A stretch of 63,125 nucleotides of DNA, counting the filler, from Nemertoderma westbladi (taxonomy: Eukaryota > Animalia > Xenacoelomorpha): NCBI GenBank assembly GCA_032718475.1. It is 3 parts of 3 records of this genome, joined end to end, with 100 filler letters (N's around TTAATTAATTAA, not from the genome) between each part and the next. Parts side by side here need not be neighbours in the genome. Positions count along the whole stretch, not along the records: positions 1 to 31,306 come from JAUCBJ010006778.1; positions 31,407 to 57,420 come from JAUCBJ010002764.1; 1 more part is not named here. One strand, 5' to 3'. The translations under genes were made by a program, and so were the position numbers. Below are positions 24,316 through 36,954 of this stretch, in pieces (position 1 is the stretch's first letter; the number at the start of each line of letters is the position of its first letter). Under the pieces are notes generated by a model, which ran no database searches, was not told the origin of the DNA, and saw nothing but the letters and a program-made list of their open reading frames with translations.

Positions 24316-25413
24316 TAGTGGGGAGACAATGAAGAACCAACGACTACGACCCAGTAACAACTAGGTGGGGAAACAATGAAGAACCAACGACTACGACCGA
24401 GTAACAACTAGGTGGGGAGACAATGACGCGAACCAACGACTATGACCGAGTAACAACTAGGTGGGGAGACAATGACGCGAACCAACGACTATGACCGAGT
24501 AACAACTAGGTGGGGAGACAATGACGAACCAACGACTACGACCGAGTAACAACTAGGTGGGGAGACAATGACGCGAACCAACGACTATGACCGAGTAACA
24601 ACTAGGTGGGGAGACAATGACGAACCAACGACTACGACCCAGTAACAACTAGGTGGGGAGACAATGACGAACCAACGACTATGACCGAGTAACAACTAGG
24701 TGGGGAGACAATGACGAACCAACGACTACGACCCAGTAACAACTAGGTGGGGAGACAATGACGAACCAACGACTATGACCGAGTAACAACTAGGTGGGGA
24801 GACAATGACGAACCAACGACTACGACCGAGTAACAACTAGGTGGGGAGACAATGACGCGAACCAACGACTATGACCGAGTAACAACTAGGTGGGGAGACA
24901 ATGACGAACCAACGACTATGACCGAGTAACAACTAGGTGGGGAGACAATGACGAACCAACGACTACGACCGAGTAACAACTAGGTGGGGAGACAATGACG
25001 CGAACCAACGACTATGACCGAGTAACAACTAGGTGGGGAGACAATGACGAACCAACGACTATGACCGAGTAACAACTAGGTGGGGAGACAATGACGAACC
25101 AACGACTATGACCGAGTAACAACTAGGTGGGGAGACAATGACGAACCAACGACTATGGCCGAGTAACAACTAGGTGGGGAGACAATGACGCGAACCAACG
25201 ACTATGACCGAGTAACAACTAGGTGGGGAGACAATGACGAACCAACGACTATGGCCGAGTAACAACTAGGTGGGGAGACAATGACGAACAAACGACTATG
25301 ACCGAGTAACAACTAGGTGGGGAGACAATGACGAACCAACGACTATGGCCGAGTAACAACTAGGTGGGGAGACAATGACGCGAACCAACGACTATGACCG
25401 AGTAACAACTAGG
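24316..25413. repeat. 47/49-bp tandem array, ~23 copies
   Basis: Unit ACTAGGTGGGGAGACAATGACG(CG)AACCAACGACTA(C/T)GACCGAGTAACA; no spacers. Confidence 0.97.
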
Positions 25414-26045
25414 TTTGACAAAAGGTACATTACCAAATTAATATTTATAACAATGATGCATCATGATGGGAATATAATTTGGCGTGTGGAAAGGAGGATG
25501 CGTGACCGGGGGAGAGTATGAGGGTAGAGAATAAGTGAACGGGAAGGGGGGGGGGGGGGGGGGGGGGGGGGGTGAGTTAGAGAAGTGAGATTACAAAATG
25601 GGTGTGCGAAGAATGGGAATAGAGCGTGAGTGTAGGAGTCGGGTAAAGTGGTACTTTATATGCCTAGTGAAGTGACGAGAGTGCGTAGTGTATAGAAGGC
25701 AGAATGAAAAGTGATATAAGGCCTGGAGGTTGAGTCTGTTAGTAGGGAGTTGTGCAGGCTTTGAATGATGTACATAGGAGAGAGGATAGTGCGGTTTAAA
25801 ATGGTGCCATAAAATATCAGAGTGAGGAAAACGTAAGTAGGCTCTATACAGCCTTATGATATCGTTTGACGCGGATATCATAAGGGTGAATCGTTAGATC
25901 CAGAGTTACAGACTGGCAGTCTGGGACCTAAAAAATAACCCACCCCAATTGTAAATAAAAAATTGAATTAAAGCCACGAGGGCGTTTTACACGTGCTATA
26001 CATGCTACTTCCGAGATAACACCCGGAAGGTAGCATGGGGGGGAG

Positions 26046-27538
26046 TGTTACCGTAGCGACCCAAGCTACTGCAGAGTTTTAAGCAATAAACAAAGCGGCC
26101 AACGGAAGCGAAGCCAACCCAGAGTGGCAACCCAAAACAACAAACAAACATGGTAGATTTAGTCAGCACTAAATCTATTACACAAGTAAGTGGAACAATC
26201 TCACTATTAAACCACACAGGGAGCTCAGGTGCCGTATAGTCAAGGTAATAATGTATACCAATATGTGTATCCATGCAACTACAGAGAAAGCCAGTTTTGG
26301 TCGCTGGACATTAATCGGATAGTACTAGATCGTGACAACAGTCGAAAACAGTTGGAATTTAGGGAAAACAGTCGAAAACAGTTAGATTGTTTAAAAATAA
26401 TTATCCGTGCATCCAGGTGAAAATAGATATTGAAGTTAACTAGGTGTAATAATAGATTTAAAATTTAGTGGCATTTATAATGTCGCTAACTTAAGATGAC
26501 GTACCCATGTACAATAACACTGCTCATATCAGCGCCCGTACTGCCGTACCGGTACCTGTTGTAGTTACTGTGTCCGTACCGGTTGGGAAGTACCATATTG
26601 AATTTATTATTATTGCAGAGATGCACTTTATTGATTATTATACAGTAGTAGTTAGCTAGTACTGTAGGCCTAAGTCTGAACTCCGTGTCTGTAAGAACGA
26701 TACTAGGTACTTAAAATACATAACACAGGCCTATTTCATTTTCAGCATTAAATAATTTTGTTTGTTCTGATAATGGCGAAAGCGCTGGAAGCGAAGACAC
26801 CGGAACTTCGTACTTCAACTTCTTCTTCTATCGGTGCCGGTACAATAGACTCACTGAATACTCTACTCTGTAGGCTTAATGCCGTACTGGAGTAATCCAT
26901 AATCATGCAACGGGTTATCAGTGTTATTGTACATGGGTTATGGGTATAGAACGTCATCTTAAGTTAGCGACATTATAAATGCCACTAAATTTTAAATCTA
27001 TTATTACACCTAGTTAACTTCAATATCTATTTTCACCTGGATGCATGGATGATTATTTTTAAACGATCTAACTGTTTTCGACTGTTTTCCCTACATTCCA
27101 ACTGTTTTCGCCTGTTGTCACAATCTAGTACTATCCACATTAATCAGCTGACGCAAACGCTGGACCAATCAGAGCCTAAGGATTGGGAAGGTCGGTAGTA
27201 TGGATAATAGTCGTGAGTATATAATATGCTGTAACCTCATTATTAGCCAGTTGTGTGAGCATTTAGATAGGACGTAGCGAACTAGTTTCTACCGGTCACT
27301 TAGCAGCCAATAAGTATCAATTAGTACGGTTATTATCCACCATCTGTTTAATATTCAGTTACGTTTGCTACTTTATTATTATCAACGATCAATATACTGT
27401 ACATATTACTGTATAGTCTACAGACACATCAAACTCGTTATTCAACCGTATGAACCATCCACACCTGGCTAGCCGCGCAGTCGCACAAGTTCACGCTTAC
27501 GGTACGGTGCGCATTCACACAACTCCGCTACCATAACA
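26046..27538 (+). mobile_element. 3' LTR of an LTR retrotransposon (~660 bp once the MULE insertion is removed)
   Basis: Polypurine tract GGGGGGGAG directly before TGTTACCGTAGCG; ends CGCTACCATAACA (11/13 inverted match, TG..CA). CCAAT (~27164) and TATATAA (~27218) inside. Confidence 0.7.
26317..27136. mobile_element. Non-autonomous Mutator-like element (MULE), 820 bp
   Basis: ~205-bp TIRs starting GGATAGTACTAGAT; perfect 9-bp TSD ACATTAATC (26308-26316, 27137-27145). Confidence 0.92.
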
Positions 27539-28330
27539 AATAGTATTTTTCATGTGAAAAAATGTCATTCTGAGATAGTTACCTTCAAAGTTCGAACTTT
27601 CCCGCGCAAAATTACATGTATAGGGTCTGTTTGGATAATAGGGTCTGACAGGAAGGAAGCACACCACCGATCTAAAATTATATTTCGGGGGTTTTCGGGG
27701 CGCTCATTTCATTTCAGAAGTCAATTTTAATAATAAGTGGCATTTAGTCTTTCCGTCTGTAGGTTGTTCTTCTGTTTTTAGATTTAAAATCCCTATAAAT
27801 TCTGCTCTAGATGCGATAAAAAATTCTGAAATTTTTACCGGGGATGGGCGGGTGCTACCCCCCTTTAAAACAAAACAATAGTAATTATAGCTGACTATCT
27901 GTATTACATGTAGTCTGAGTAAACCTATCCCGTGTCACAGAACATGGAGAAACATACAAATGCTTATCAGTCATTTCTCAAATGCGTAGAAATAAACATA
28001 TAAAAACGTGCCTGGCGTTTATATGTTTGTTGTATGTTGCTTCTGTGTTATTTATAAAATTTTGTATATTTTCCATGTTTATTTAGTAGATTTTGCAAGT
28101 AACCTTTAAAAGTTTATAAATTTAACTATGGCGCCACACATCTAATTTGATTGGCTAATATGTTTAATGGCGATTTGTGTGTAAGCATACTGTAATTTAG
28201 GAAATTTTGTATGTTTTGTAAATTAATTGTATTTTTTATGTGGTTCCAAACAGCCAACGATTTGATTGGATGAAATTAGTAAACACGACTGGGACGAGTC
28301 ATGAAGTTAGGTAACCTCTTGGGAGAACTA

Positions 28331-28517
28331 GGACAATTGCCCCCGGACAATCGTTCCTCGGTCAATTGCCTCGCGGAAAATTGTTCCTCGGACATTTGCC
28401 CCGCGGACAATTGCCTCCCGGAAAATTGCCCCTCGATGACAATTGCCACCCGAGGACAATTATTGCCCCCCGGACTATTGCCCCCCGGAAATATTGCCCC
28501 CCGCACAATTACCCCTC
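28331..28517. repeat. ~15-bp minisatellite (GGACAATTGCCCCC)
   Basis: About a dozen degenerate copies. Confidence 0.85.
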
Positions 28518-30686
28518 GATATTTTATTTAATGAATACATTTTAAATCTTGAATTTCTTTGAATGTTCTCCTATAGTTTCATGAAATTCAAGTAATATTA
28601 ACCTTATCAACACTTCTAAACTTATTTTTAAGTTTTTTCGAAGAATCCAATAACTTTTCTTGAACAATTTGATTTGATCACCATTTCTAAATTTAATATA
28701 TGTGTTTTTCAAAATATGCACGATTTTTTTCTATAACAATTTGATTGTCTTTATGCTATAGCTATAGTATTTTATGACGTAATTGAATTGTTTCAGCGTG
28801 TTTACACTTTATTTTTATTGTAGTAATGAAATACGTGCACATATGTGTGCACACATACTGTATAAGTAATGATGTTTTATTAAATATAAATACGTAAAAT
28901 TATTGTTTAAATGTTGTAATAAATTCTGAAATTAAGACTTTGTTCCAATTCTCATATTGTGAAATGTATTCCATTTTTTGCGAGCGAATCACTTTCCTAA
29001 ACTTGCGAACTTTGTTCCTATATTTATCAGTGTTAGCAGAACCAATAGTTCATATTTTCGATATGTGAACAGTATGACCCTGTGTCTCAAACCATGCAAG
29101 TGAACCTAATTTTTAATTGAATATAATATTTGGAAATAATTTGTGAGCTTATTGAATTTTTTGTAATCATTTAAATATCATAAACAACAGTATTTTGCAA
29201 GTATTTATGTTTTACTACAATGAAGCCCGATAAACAAACTTTTAAATACATACAAAATGCATTGCAAGTATTTATATGTTTTTCTAAACGCAAAATGTGA
29301 CTTTTTGAATTTAAACAAACCATCAAATCTATACAAAATCCATTGCAAGTATTTATATGTTTTTCTAAACGCAAAATGCCTATTTGAATTTCAACAAACC
29401 ATTAAATCCATACAAACTCATTAGCAAGTATTTGTATGTTTTTTTAAACGCTGAATATGCCATTTCTAATTTTAAAATTTATTAAATGCTTACTAAACAT
29501 TTTAGTAGCATTCATATGTTTTACAACAGTCTAGATTGATCTAAATGTGTACTTATAATTTAATAAATATTTCTAAATACTTATTGTGCACATATGAAAT
29601 TATCTAAATTCCACATGCTTTCTAAATTTTCGAGTGTTGCTCTATAAATGCTTTGTGGGTTTATTGAAATTTCGTAAATTCTGTGACACGGAATGGTACC
29701 TGAAATACCTGAATTCAGGGATGATTCAATAAAAATAATACAGTACTTTATAATATCATTATATATTATAAGAATCAGTTAAATAATTCCCTCGGTGCTA
29801 AACATTAACAATTAAAACAAGTTTATCATCTTCACCAATAACATCACAACTTTTATCGTAAATTAACAATTTTTTAAAACATTGACAAGTTTGGGCTACA
29901 GTTATGAATTGAATTTAATTCGTAACAAATAACATATCATAAAGTTCATATACAGTATAGTACATGATAATAATTTAAAATAAAGTGCTGTTTTTTAGAT
30001 TGTCCTCTCACAATAGCCACTCACACATCTCATTCTAATAACAAGATACCTGACAATAATTATTATCGCTTTTCCATTCTTTCCGATTACAGGACATGGC
30101 GGTTTTGTGTGTGTGTTGAGTGTGTATAACCATAATTGCAATACGAACAAGGGGGGAGATGTATTTTTCAATCGAGCTGGGTTTTTTACTGTCGGAATCC
30201 GTAAACTCGTATGTCGGACGAGGAAGGAGATAATTTTACTATAATAACTACTGTATTTATTTTACAAATACAGTAGAAAGTATCATTTTTGTCTGACTTT
30301 TTATTCCGCATTTTCTAGGAATAGTAAAAGCCCATTTTTAGAGCCTCAAATAAAATGCTTCTACTACTGTACTGTGTCGGACCAAAAATAAGAAAAATTT
30401 CAAAACCTCTCACTTACATATTACAGTACAGTAGATAGATATTTTGTGTTAATTACAGGCAGTTTAATTACAGGCTAATGTTAGTTAAAATGACAATGTT
30501 TACTTTATGAAATGTTGTTTACGAATCAAATAATGGCATACTTTTAATTTGCTAATTTGCCTTTAATCTTGGAGAGAGTTACATAATTTAGGATATAAAT
30601 ACTTCTTATATGCAAAGAAAGTTCACATGAAAAATCCACCAAAGTTATCCAAGAACCAGCTGATATTCTCTATTAGAGCATCTCTT

Positions 30687-30808
30687 CTAGTAAACAATCC
30701 TACTTCTCGCATCACACAATCCGCAGGTTTCTTTGCAGAATTGGTTCGTGTATCCTGTTCCACACTCGAAATTGCAAACGCTTGCAAGGTCGTAACATCC
30801 AGGTGGCA
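30687..30808 (-). CDS. Terminal exon encoding an ShKT (ShK toxin-like) domain; rest of gene not found
   Basis: Acceptor TTTATTGCAG, phase 1. Translation PPGCYDLASVCNFECGTGYTNQFCKETCGLCDARSRIVY*, six Cys in a CxD..C..C..CxxTCxxC pattern. Confidence 0.75.
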
Positions 30809-31306
30809 CTGCAATAAATATTATTATTATTATTCGTTTATTTCATTCGCACACGGCGACATCATAATAAAAATGTGTACAAATTACACAATAGTTGTCA
30901 TAGAGTTCGATTTACACACAGAATAAATTGCATAGCAGGGACGAATAAGTAAGTACATATAGTGGGGCGACACAATATTCAGATATAAGTTATAGTGTTA
31001 CGGAATATTAAATAAAATAGGATAGGAATATTAAATAAAATAGATATTATGCTTTGCATAATGCATATGTAAAAAGAAGACTCTGAACTAAACAAGTACC
31101 GATACCAAATATATATTGCACCAGAATAGTGAGGAAAAAAAAAAAAAAAAAAACAGCTTGGCTGGTAAGACACGGCGCCGGTCTGACATCCCCCCCCCCC
31201 CCCCCCCCCCCACCCCCCCTCTAGGCGCCTCTATTCTAATGAGTACTGGATTTTGTGTAACTGTAAGGACAATAGGTTCACGAAGGTTCAAAAACCAGCA
31301 ATCAGA

Positions 31307-31406
31307 NNNNNNNNNNNNNNNNNNNNNNNNNNNNNNNNNNNNNNNNNNNNTTAATTAATTAANNNNNNNNNNNNNNNNNNNNNNNNNNNNNNNNNNNNNN
31401 NNNNNN
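31307..31406. other. Artificial contig spacer
   Basis: N44 + TTAATTAATTAA (stops in all six frames) + N44 = 100 nt. Confidence 0.98.
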
Positions 31407-33117
31407 CTGGCCAAAATTTCAAATGATTTTTAATCAGGTTTTTGAAAATAGCCAAGTTCTAAACATTATTGACACCTTTTACGGCCCCATATTCGTATTG
31501 AACTCGCTCGCTTTGGCGCTCGTAATACCAAACCGCTCGGTGTAAACGGTGTCCTAACAAGTACTTTATAACACGTAATTCTATTGTATGTTATTACATT
31601 TTATTACCTGAAACTGTTTGTTTATCAGCAATAGTTCAGGAAGGTATTCAATGAGAAACAATTATGAAGTTAAGCAGGATCCGATGATTTCCCATGTGAA
31701 GTAAATCAGAATTTATGCTGTTATATTTCTCATTACAGTTTACCTCTATTTGTAGAATACCATGTTTTCACTAAAAGCACAGGTTACGGATGGACTAAAT
31801 CTAACCAAAACAATAAACAATAAAATTCCACTAGAATTTCGACCGAAAAATGAAAGTCCGGTTTCTTCATAAAGGGATAATTCCGGTGATCAAATAGAAA
31901 CGTTATTCTGTGTTATTTTAGACCCGAAACTGTCGACTGGAATCATACTTTTCTGCTGTCAATCATATTTCCTATGCATTCTTTAACCGCATTCCTTTGT
32001 TGTGCGGGGGCCGCCCAAACTAATGTTGTATGAAGAATGATGTACAGTACGCACTTTGCACATGCACTCTAATAGTTTGTAGGTAGAATTAATCCATACT
32101 GCACAGATGTTTCCTGTAAGTTTAGAGTTGGGGTATTCTAGTAGAAAGTGTGAATGGTTTATATTGATACAGAAGCGCGATTCTTCCCAAGGATTGATTT
32201 GTTCTTATAAAACTCCATTTTGTTTTTTATACGCTGTTAACTACGCGGTGCTGATATAGGAGAACTTAGCAAAACTTAATCTTTAGCAACAGTTGTTATT
32301 TTATTACTTGTTGTGGAGAGAGCCACGAAGTAAGGTGAGCCTTAGCATAGGGGTACCATTCATCCGAATATCTCTCTACAGTACGTAGATATTTCACACA
32401 CACCCCGAACGCTGGTAACAATAACTGAACGCTACTAACAATAATGTAACAAATATATAGTGCTAGTGGTATTTGTCAAAATCCTATCAAGTTTATCAAA
32501 TTTAGTTTATCAAATACTCTTCGATATATGGCGGCGTAGTAAAATTTAAGGTTTACTTTATTTCACGCTTCACCTTTTTCACTCCTTCACTTTTTTTCTG
32601 TTGTGGAAACTGGCATAAAAAATGATTTTGCATTAAACGTAAATATCGCTTTTCAGATTCGCTATGGTCTAATGTATATAAAATCTGTAAGAAAACTGTA
32701 AAAGCTTAAATTGAGCTTATTTAAGCAAAAAAATCTTAAAGCAAAAAAATACTCATTTTATATTATCATTATGAATTTTTAGCTTTGAAAACTTTAAATG
32801 CCATTTTCTTGGTGTCTGGAATTACTGTTAAACTGACAAATGTATATAGATTTTATAAATTCCACCATAGATTTATAAATTCCACCAAACATTCAGGAAA
32901 TGTCGACTACTTAATCAGTTTATACTGTAGGATGGAATGGCTGAATTTGCGAGGGGCATGTTGGACGTTGGTATTATGTCGCAGACTCCTCTCACTGAAT
33001 CGAATGCGGATACTTATTAGGTTAATGTGATTATCAGGCCAGTTGAATGATTTAGTGCCCGGTAAGAAACAGAGTTTTTATTTCTATTGTAGTAAGCGGA
33101 TATATATAATATCACAT

Positions 33118-33360
33118 TTTGGTTACAAATTTGAGATCTGGTTACAAATTTGAGAACGAGGTTGCAAATTGGAGTTCCTGGTTACAAATCTGAGCAGCTG
33201 GTTACAAATCGGTGATCCCAGTTTTTCTGTTTACGAATTGGTGTCCCCCTGTTACGAATCAGAGTACCCAGTTACAAATTTACAAATTTACGTACCTTTT
33301 TTGTTACGAATTCGAGTTCCTTGTTATGAATCTGAATTACCTGTAACAAATTTGAGCACA
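33118..33360. repeat. Degenerate ~19-20-bp minisatellite (GTTACAAAT / GTTACGAAT)
   Basis: Recurrent GGTTACAAATTTGAG-type units. Confidence 0.75.
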
Positions 33361-33926
33361 TGGTTTTTTGGAGTTTCCACCTTGCACACACAGTGAGCGT
33401 TTATAAACAAGCGCGAAATCGCGCAAAGCTCCGCGTCTTAGGGAGGTAAAGTTTGAAGTACTGGCTTTAACAGAGTGCGTGATACACACTATAAGAATGT
33501 GTATCGCGCATTCTGTTGAATTTTTGTTTTAGGTTTGGACACTTACCGTTTATACAGTTTATAAACATGGTTAAGGTAAACATGGCATAGATAGCTGCTT
33601 AACTCAACTGTAGTCCAGATTCAGAAAAATCATATGGGCTCGGGTTTAGATGGTACCCAGGTTTGTAGTCTTTAATAAATTTTACAACTTTTTTCTGAGC
33701 TACTACTTGTAATTTGAGTTTAAGTTGCTTGGTTAACTTGGAACACGCATAGTCTATGTGACGCTGTATTAAAGAAGATCAAAGTAACTTTTGTGTAATA
33801 TATTATCTCTAACTCTCCATATATTATCTCTCTATATTATTATGGATTCACTCTGCTGGGCCTTATTATTTTGTATATTAATGTTTATTTACGCATGTAT
33901 GTGTATAGTTGTACCGGTTTTTACTA

Positions 33927-34983
33927 CTAGGATCGGCATGCTGCATTGCAGCTGCATTTTTAAGAATGCTGTGCCGGCTTATCGACAAAATTTGACAAAA
34001 TTTGACATTTGCTAGATCATCCGCATCTTCAAGGCCAGTGTCCTTTAAGATGCGTCTCAAGAAAGTCATGGGCTGTCCACCATGCTTATTCACTCCATGA
34101 GGCTGCCAAAGTACAAGATTATGCACTGGCTGGTCCTCACGGCGAAAGCAATGTCCTGCAAAGCGGAGGCGATTTTGTTCTAGTGTCAAGCTTGGGGGAA
34201 CCAATGAGACACCTCCAATGTTATATAGTGTCTGGTTGGAGATGTGTGCATTGTACTTGACACAATGAACCCGGCGTAGCATTCTTGTGAATGTGCCATC
34301 CAGAGATTTGGTGTCCTCAGCAGTTAGAGCCCAGCATGGACTCCCATAGAGGAGTACTGGAACTACTGCTGCTCTAAATAACCGGACCTTAAGTTTCCGA
34401 TTAATTCTTGGTGACTTCCAAATCCTGGAAAGCCTATTCAAGGCTGCCCATGCCTTTCCCTTACGTATTCGAAGGTCCTCACCTGACTTCCGGATCCATG
34501 ATCCCAGGTAACAGAAGTCATCCACATGCTCAAGCATACCATCTTTTGATCTTATGCTCATCCGATCAGAGACTTGCTGAGGACTTTCAAAGTTAACTGT
34601 CAAAATTTTGGTCTTTCTGGAGTTAATAAAAAGACCAACACTAGAAGCAGCATGTTCTAATGAGCTGAGGAGCCGTTGGGCTCCCTCCAGTGATTCTGAG
34701 AGTACTCCTAAGTCATCAGCAAAGTCTAGATCAGTTAGGTACTTGGTAGGATTTCCTCGACTTCTGGAGCCAGTAGGTGGAGTTATCATCACCCCATCAT
34801 CATTGTGACGATCTAAGGACATGCGTAGAACATAGTCAACAACAATTATGAACAAGAATGGTGCAAGTGTGTCTCCCTGGAGGACGCCCCATAACATTTC
34901 AAATGGTTCTGTGTCACCGTCAACAGTAGACACAAATGTTGTCGAACCATCGTATACTGATCTGATTGCTGCACTAATTTCAT
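33927..34983 (-). mobile_element. 5'-truncated RTE-clade LINE (RT C-terminal half)
   Basis: GVLQGDTLAPFLF, DLDFADD, FCYLGS, VLLYGS. 13-bp TSD CCGGTTTTTACTA (33914-33926, 34984-34996); short (TAG)n tail. Confidence 0.93.
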
Positions 34984-36382
34984 CCGGTTTTTACTATGGG
35001 CAGTATTAGCTGGTTTATAGAAATAAATAAAAGTAAAAGTTACGCGATTTAAACTATTTTTATTTCCGCATAGAAACGTCAGCCTCCTGTTAATCTTAAA
35101 AAAAATATTTTTCACAGCTTTCTCCTGTTATCTAAAATGCGCCTAATCTGTAACTTATTTTTTATTTTCTATCTTATGTCCATTACTACTCGCTTCAAAC
35201 TTAGACTTAAACTTCTTTAACTTTCTTTTGGAACCAAACAAAATACTTTCAGTCTTACGTAGTGAATGGTTAGCTTATTATTAACCAACCACTCATTACA
35301 TGATTCTAGAACTGCAATTAACAGTTGAGAAATATGGACATCATCTTTATGCGAGAAACCAGGAGCATTGTCACCGTAAAATGAAATGTATGGAGAATTT
35401 TTGTAAATTTTTATAATGTTGTATAATTTATACCTTTCGGTGGTTCAACATACGGCAAAAGATTGGGTTCAAATTTTGCGTCGCCCTCTATCGGCCACCA
35501 GCGAAATTGTTAATTTAACTAAAATTACTACTAGTGACACAATTTTGGGCGAAAACATTCCAAACTTGGTTTTTCTGAATCAGCATCCTCGGCTCCACAT
35601 ACATTTTTTGTTTAGGTCTTACATTTTTAAAAATATTATTAACTAACATTAATTATTATTTGATATATATTAACTAATTTCAATAAATTTATATGGCACA
35701 ATTCAAAATTCTAACAGAATAAACCCGAAAACAAATCACAGAAAATAATATTTCGAAAATTGATTAAGAAATTGCCGAGTAGTAGTATTTTAAAGGTGCA
35801 AAATACAATTCTGAGATAAACGCATGTAAAGTTTAAAAACAATATACAAATCTACGCCCCCCTATTTCAAATTTTTCCGCTATTTTCATTCTGGAATCTC
35901 CTTTTTTTTCCAATTGGTTATCCCCTACCCATTTTGTGATTTCGCAATGGATTTCATGACATTTGGTTCAAATAAACCGCTTCCCAATTTTAAACACCTG
36001 TTAAAATTTATAAATGCTTTCCCAAAACCCTTCGCGCACCACGTGAACAAATTTTACTTTACTTTTTTTTATTTTTATTTGCAAATCATTTCGTCAATTC
36101 TTAATAAATTGTATTGGAATAATGACTCAACCTTCAAGAAACATTCACAATTATATAAATATTTCCACATATTTTCATAAAAAGCCTTTACACATCACAT
36201 CAAACTTTGCGCAGCTCGTGAAACCTTCGCGCAACACGTGAAACCTTCGCGCCGCACGAGAATCCTTCTCGCAGCACTTAAAGTCTTCAAAGATCACGTT
36301 AATTAATCGAGCAGCTCGGAAAGCCTTTTTATCAGAATGATAGAATATTGCAGGGATGGTATGTATGATGTATGATGTAATA

Positions 36383-36565
36383 ATTACAGAATCTTTCAAA
36401 AAATAAAGTTACAATAATATTTCACCCAACAGGGCTTTATCAAATTGCATGGAATCTGCTTACAAACAGGGAAGCTACATACCGCAGTACCGTACCAATA
36501 AAACTACCTACCCAATCAACTGTTAGCACAATGAACAATGAACCGGTAATTCGTAAAGAGGCCTA
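36383..36565 (-). repeat. Inverted copy of the Penelope-like element 3' end (pLTR-like)
   Basis: Near-identical reverse complement of ~38432-38612. Confidence 0.9.
36410..36449 (-). ncRNA. Minimal type I hammerhead ribozyme motif (U3/A8 variant)
   Basis: UGCAAU-UUGAUAA-A-GCCC-UGUU-GGGU-GAAA-UAUU-AUUGUA: 6-bp stem I, 4-bp stem II, palindromic stem III remnant. Confidence 0.7.
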
Positions 36566-36952
36566 GCTACTTCGATTTGCCCCCCCCCCCCGGGTAATTC
36601 GTGTCTAATTTTGGAAATGTGACTTGTATTCTTGCTTTTTATGTATGTTGTGGATATATTGTGTACTGTGTGTTTATTTTTTGTCTTTGCCTTTTTACTG
36701 TATGTGTCCAGGTTTTTTTTGGAATTTGTTACCCAGGTAACAAATTCCAAAAACCAAAAAAAATAAAAAAAAGAAGAAAAAAAGAAGAAAAAAAAACCTG
36801 GACACATACATTAAAAACGCAAAGACAAAAAATAAACACACAGTACACAATATATCCACAACATACATAAAAAGCAAGAATGCAAGTCACATTTCCAAAA
36901 TTAGACCCGAATTACCCCGGGGGGGGGGGGGGGGGGGGCAAATCGAAGTAGC
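36566..36952. mobile_element. Near-perfect foldback MITE with TA TSD
   Basis: TA-GCTACTTCGATTTGCCC...GGGCAAATCGAAGTAGC-TA; arms ~155 bp; central palindrome GGAATTTGTTACC..GGTAACAAATTCC. Confidence 0.92.
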
Positions 36953-36954
36953 TA

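Noticed and set aside
24316-25413. CRISPR-like appearance of the 47-bp array (also the 29-bp and 41-bp arrays)
   Set aside because: Units are head-to-tail with no unique spacers, there are no cas genes, and the context is eukaryotic.
28540-29700. Possible decayed transposase in AT-rich DNA
   Set aside because: Only faint similarity, many stops and internal repeats; cannot be supported without a profile search.
30623-30926. ORF-track peptides 30623-30814 (-) and 30627-30926 (+)
   Set aside because: Wrong frames; a different minus-strand frame gives the ShKT cysteine pattern.
31351-31362. TTAATTAATTAA island inside N runs (also 57465-57476) as a biological motif
   Set aside because: Identical six-frame-stop linker centred in exactly 100-nt gaps; an assembly artefact.
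35438-35500. Possible tRNA or tRNA-derived SINE (GGTTCAAAT B-box-like)
   Set aside because: No cloverleaf and unconvincing A-box spacing.
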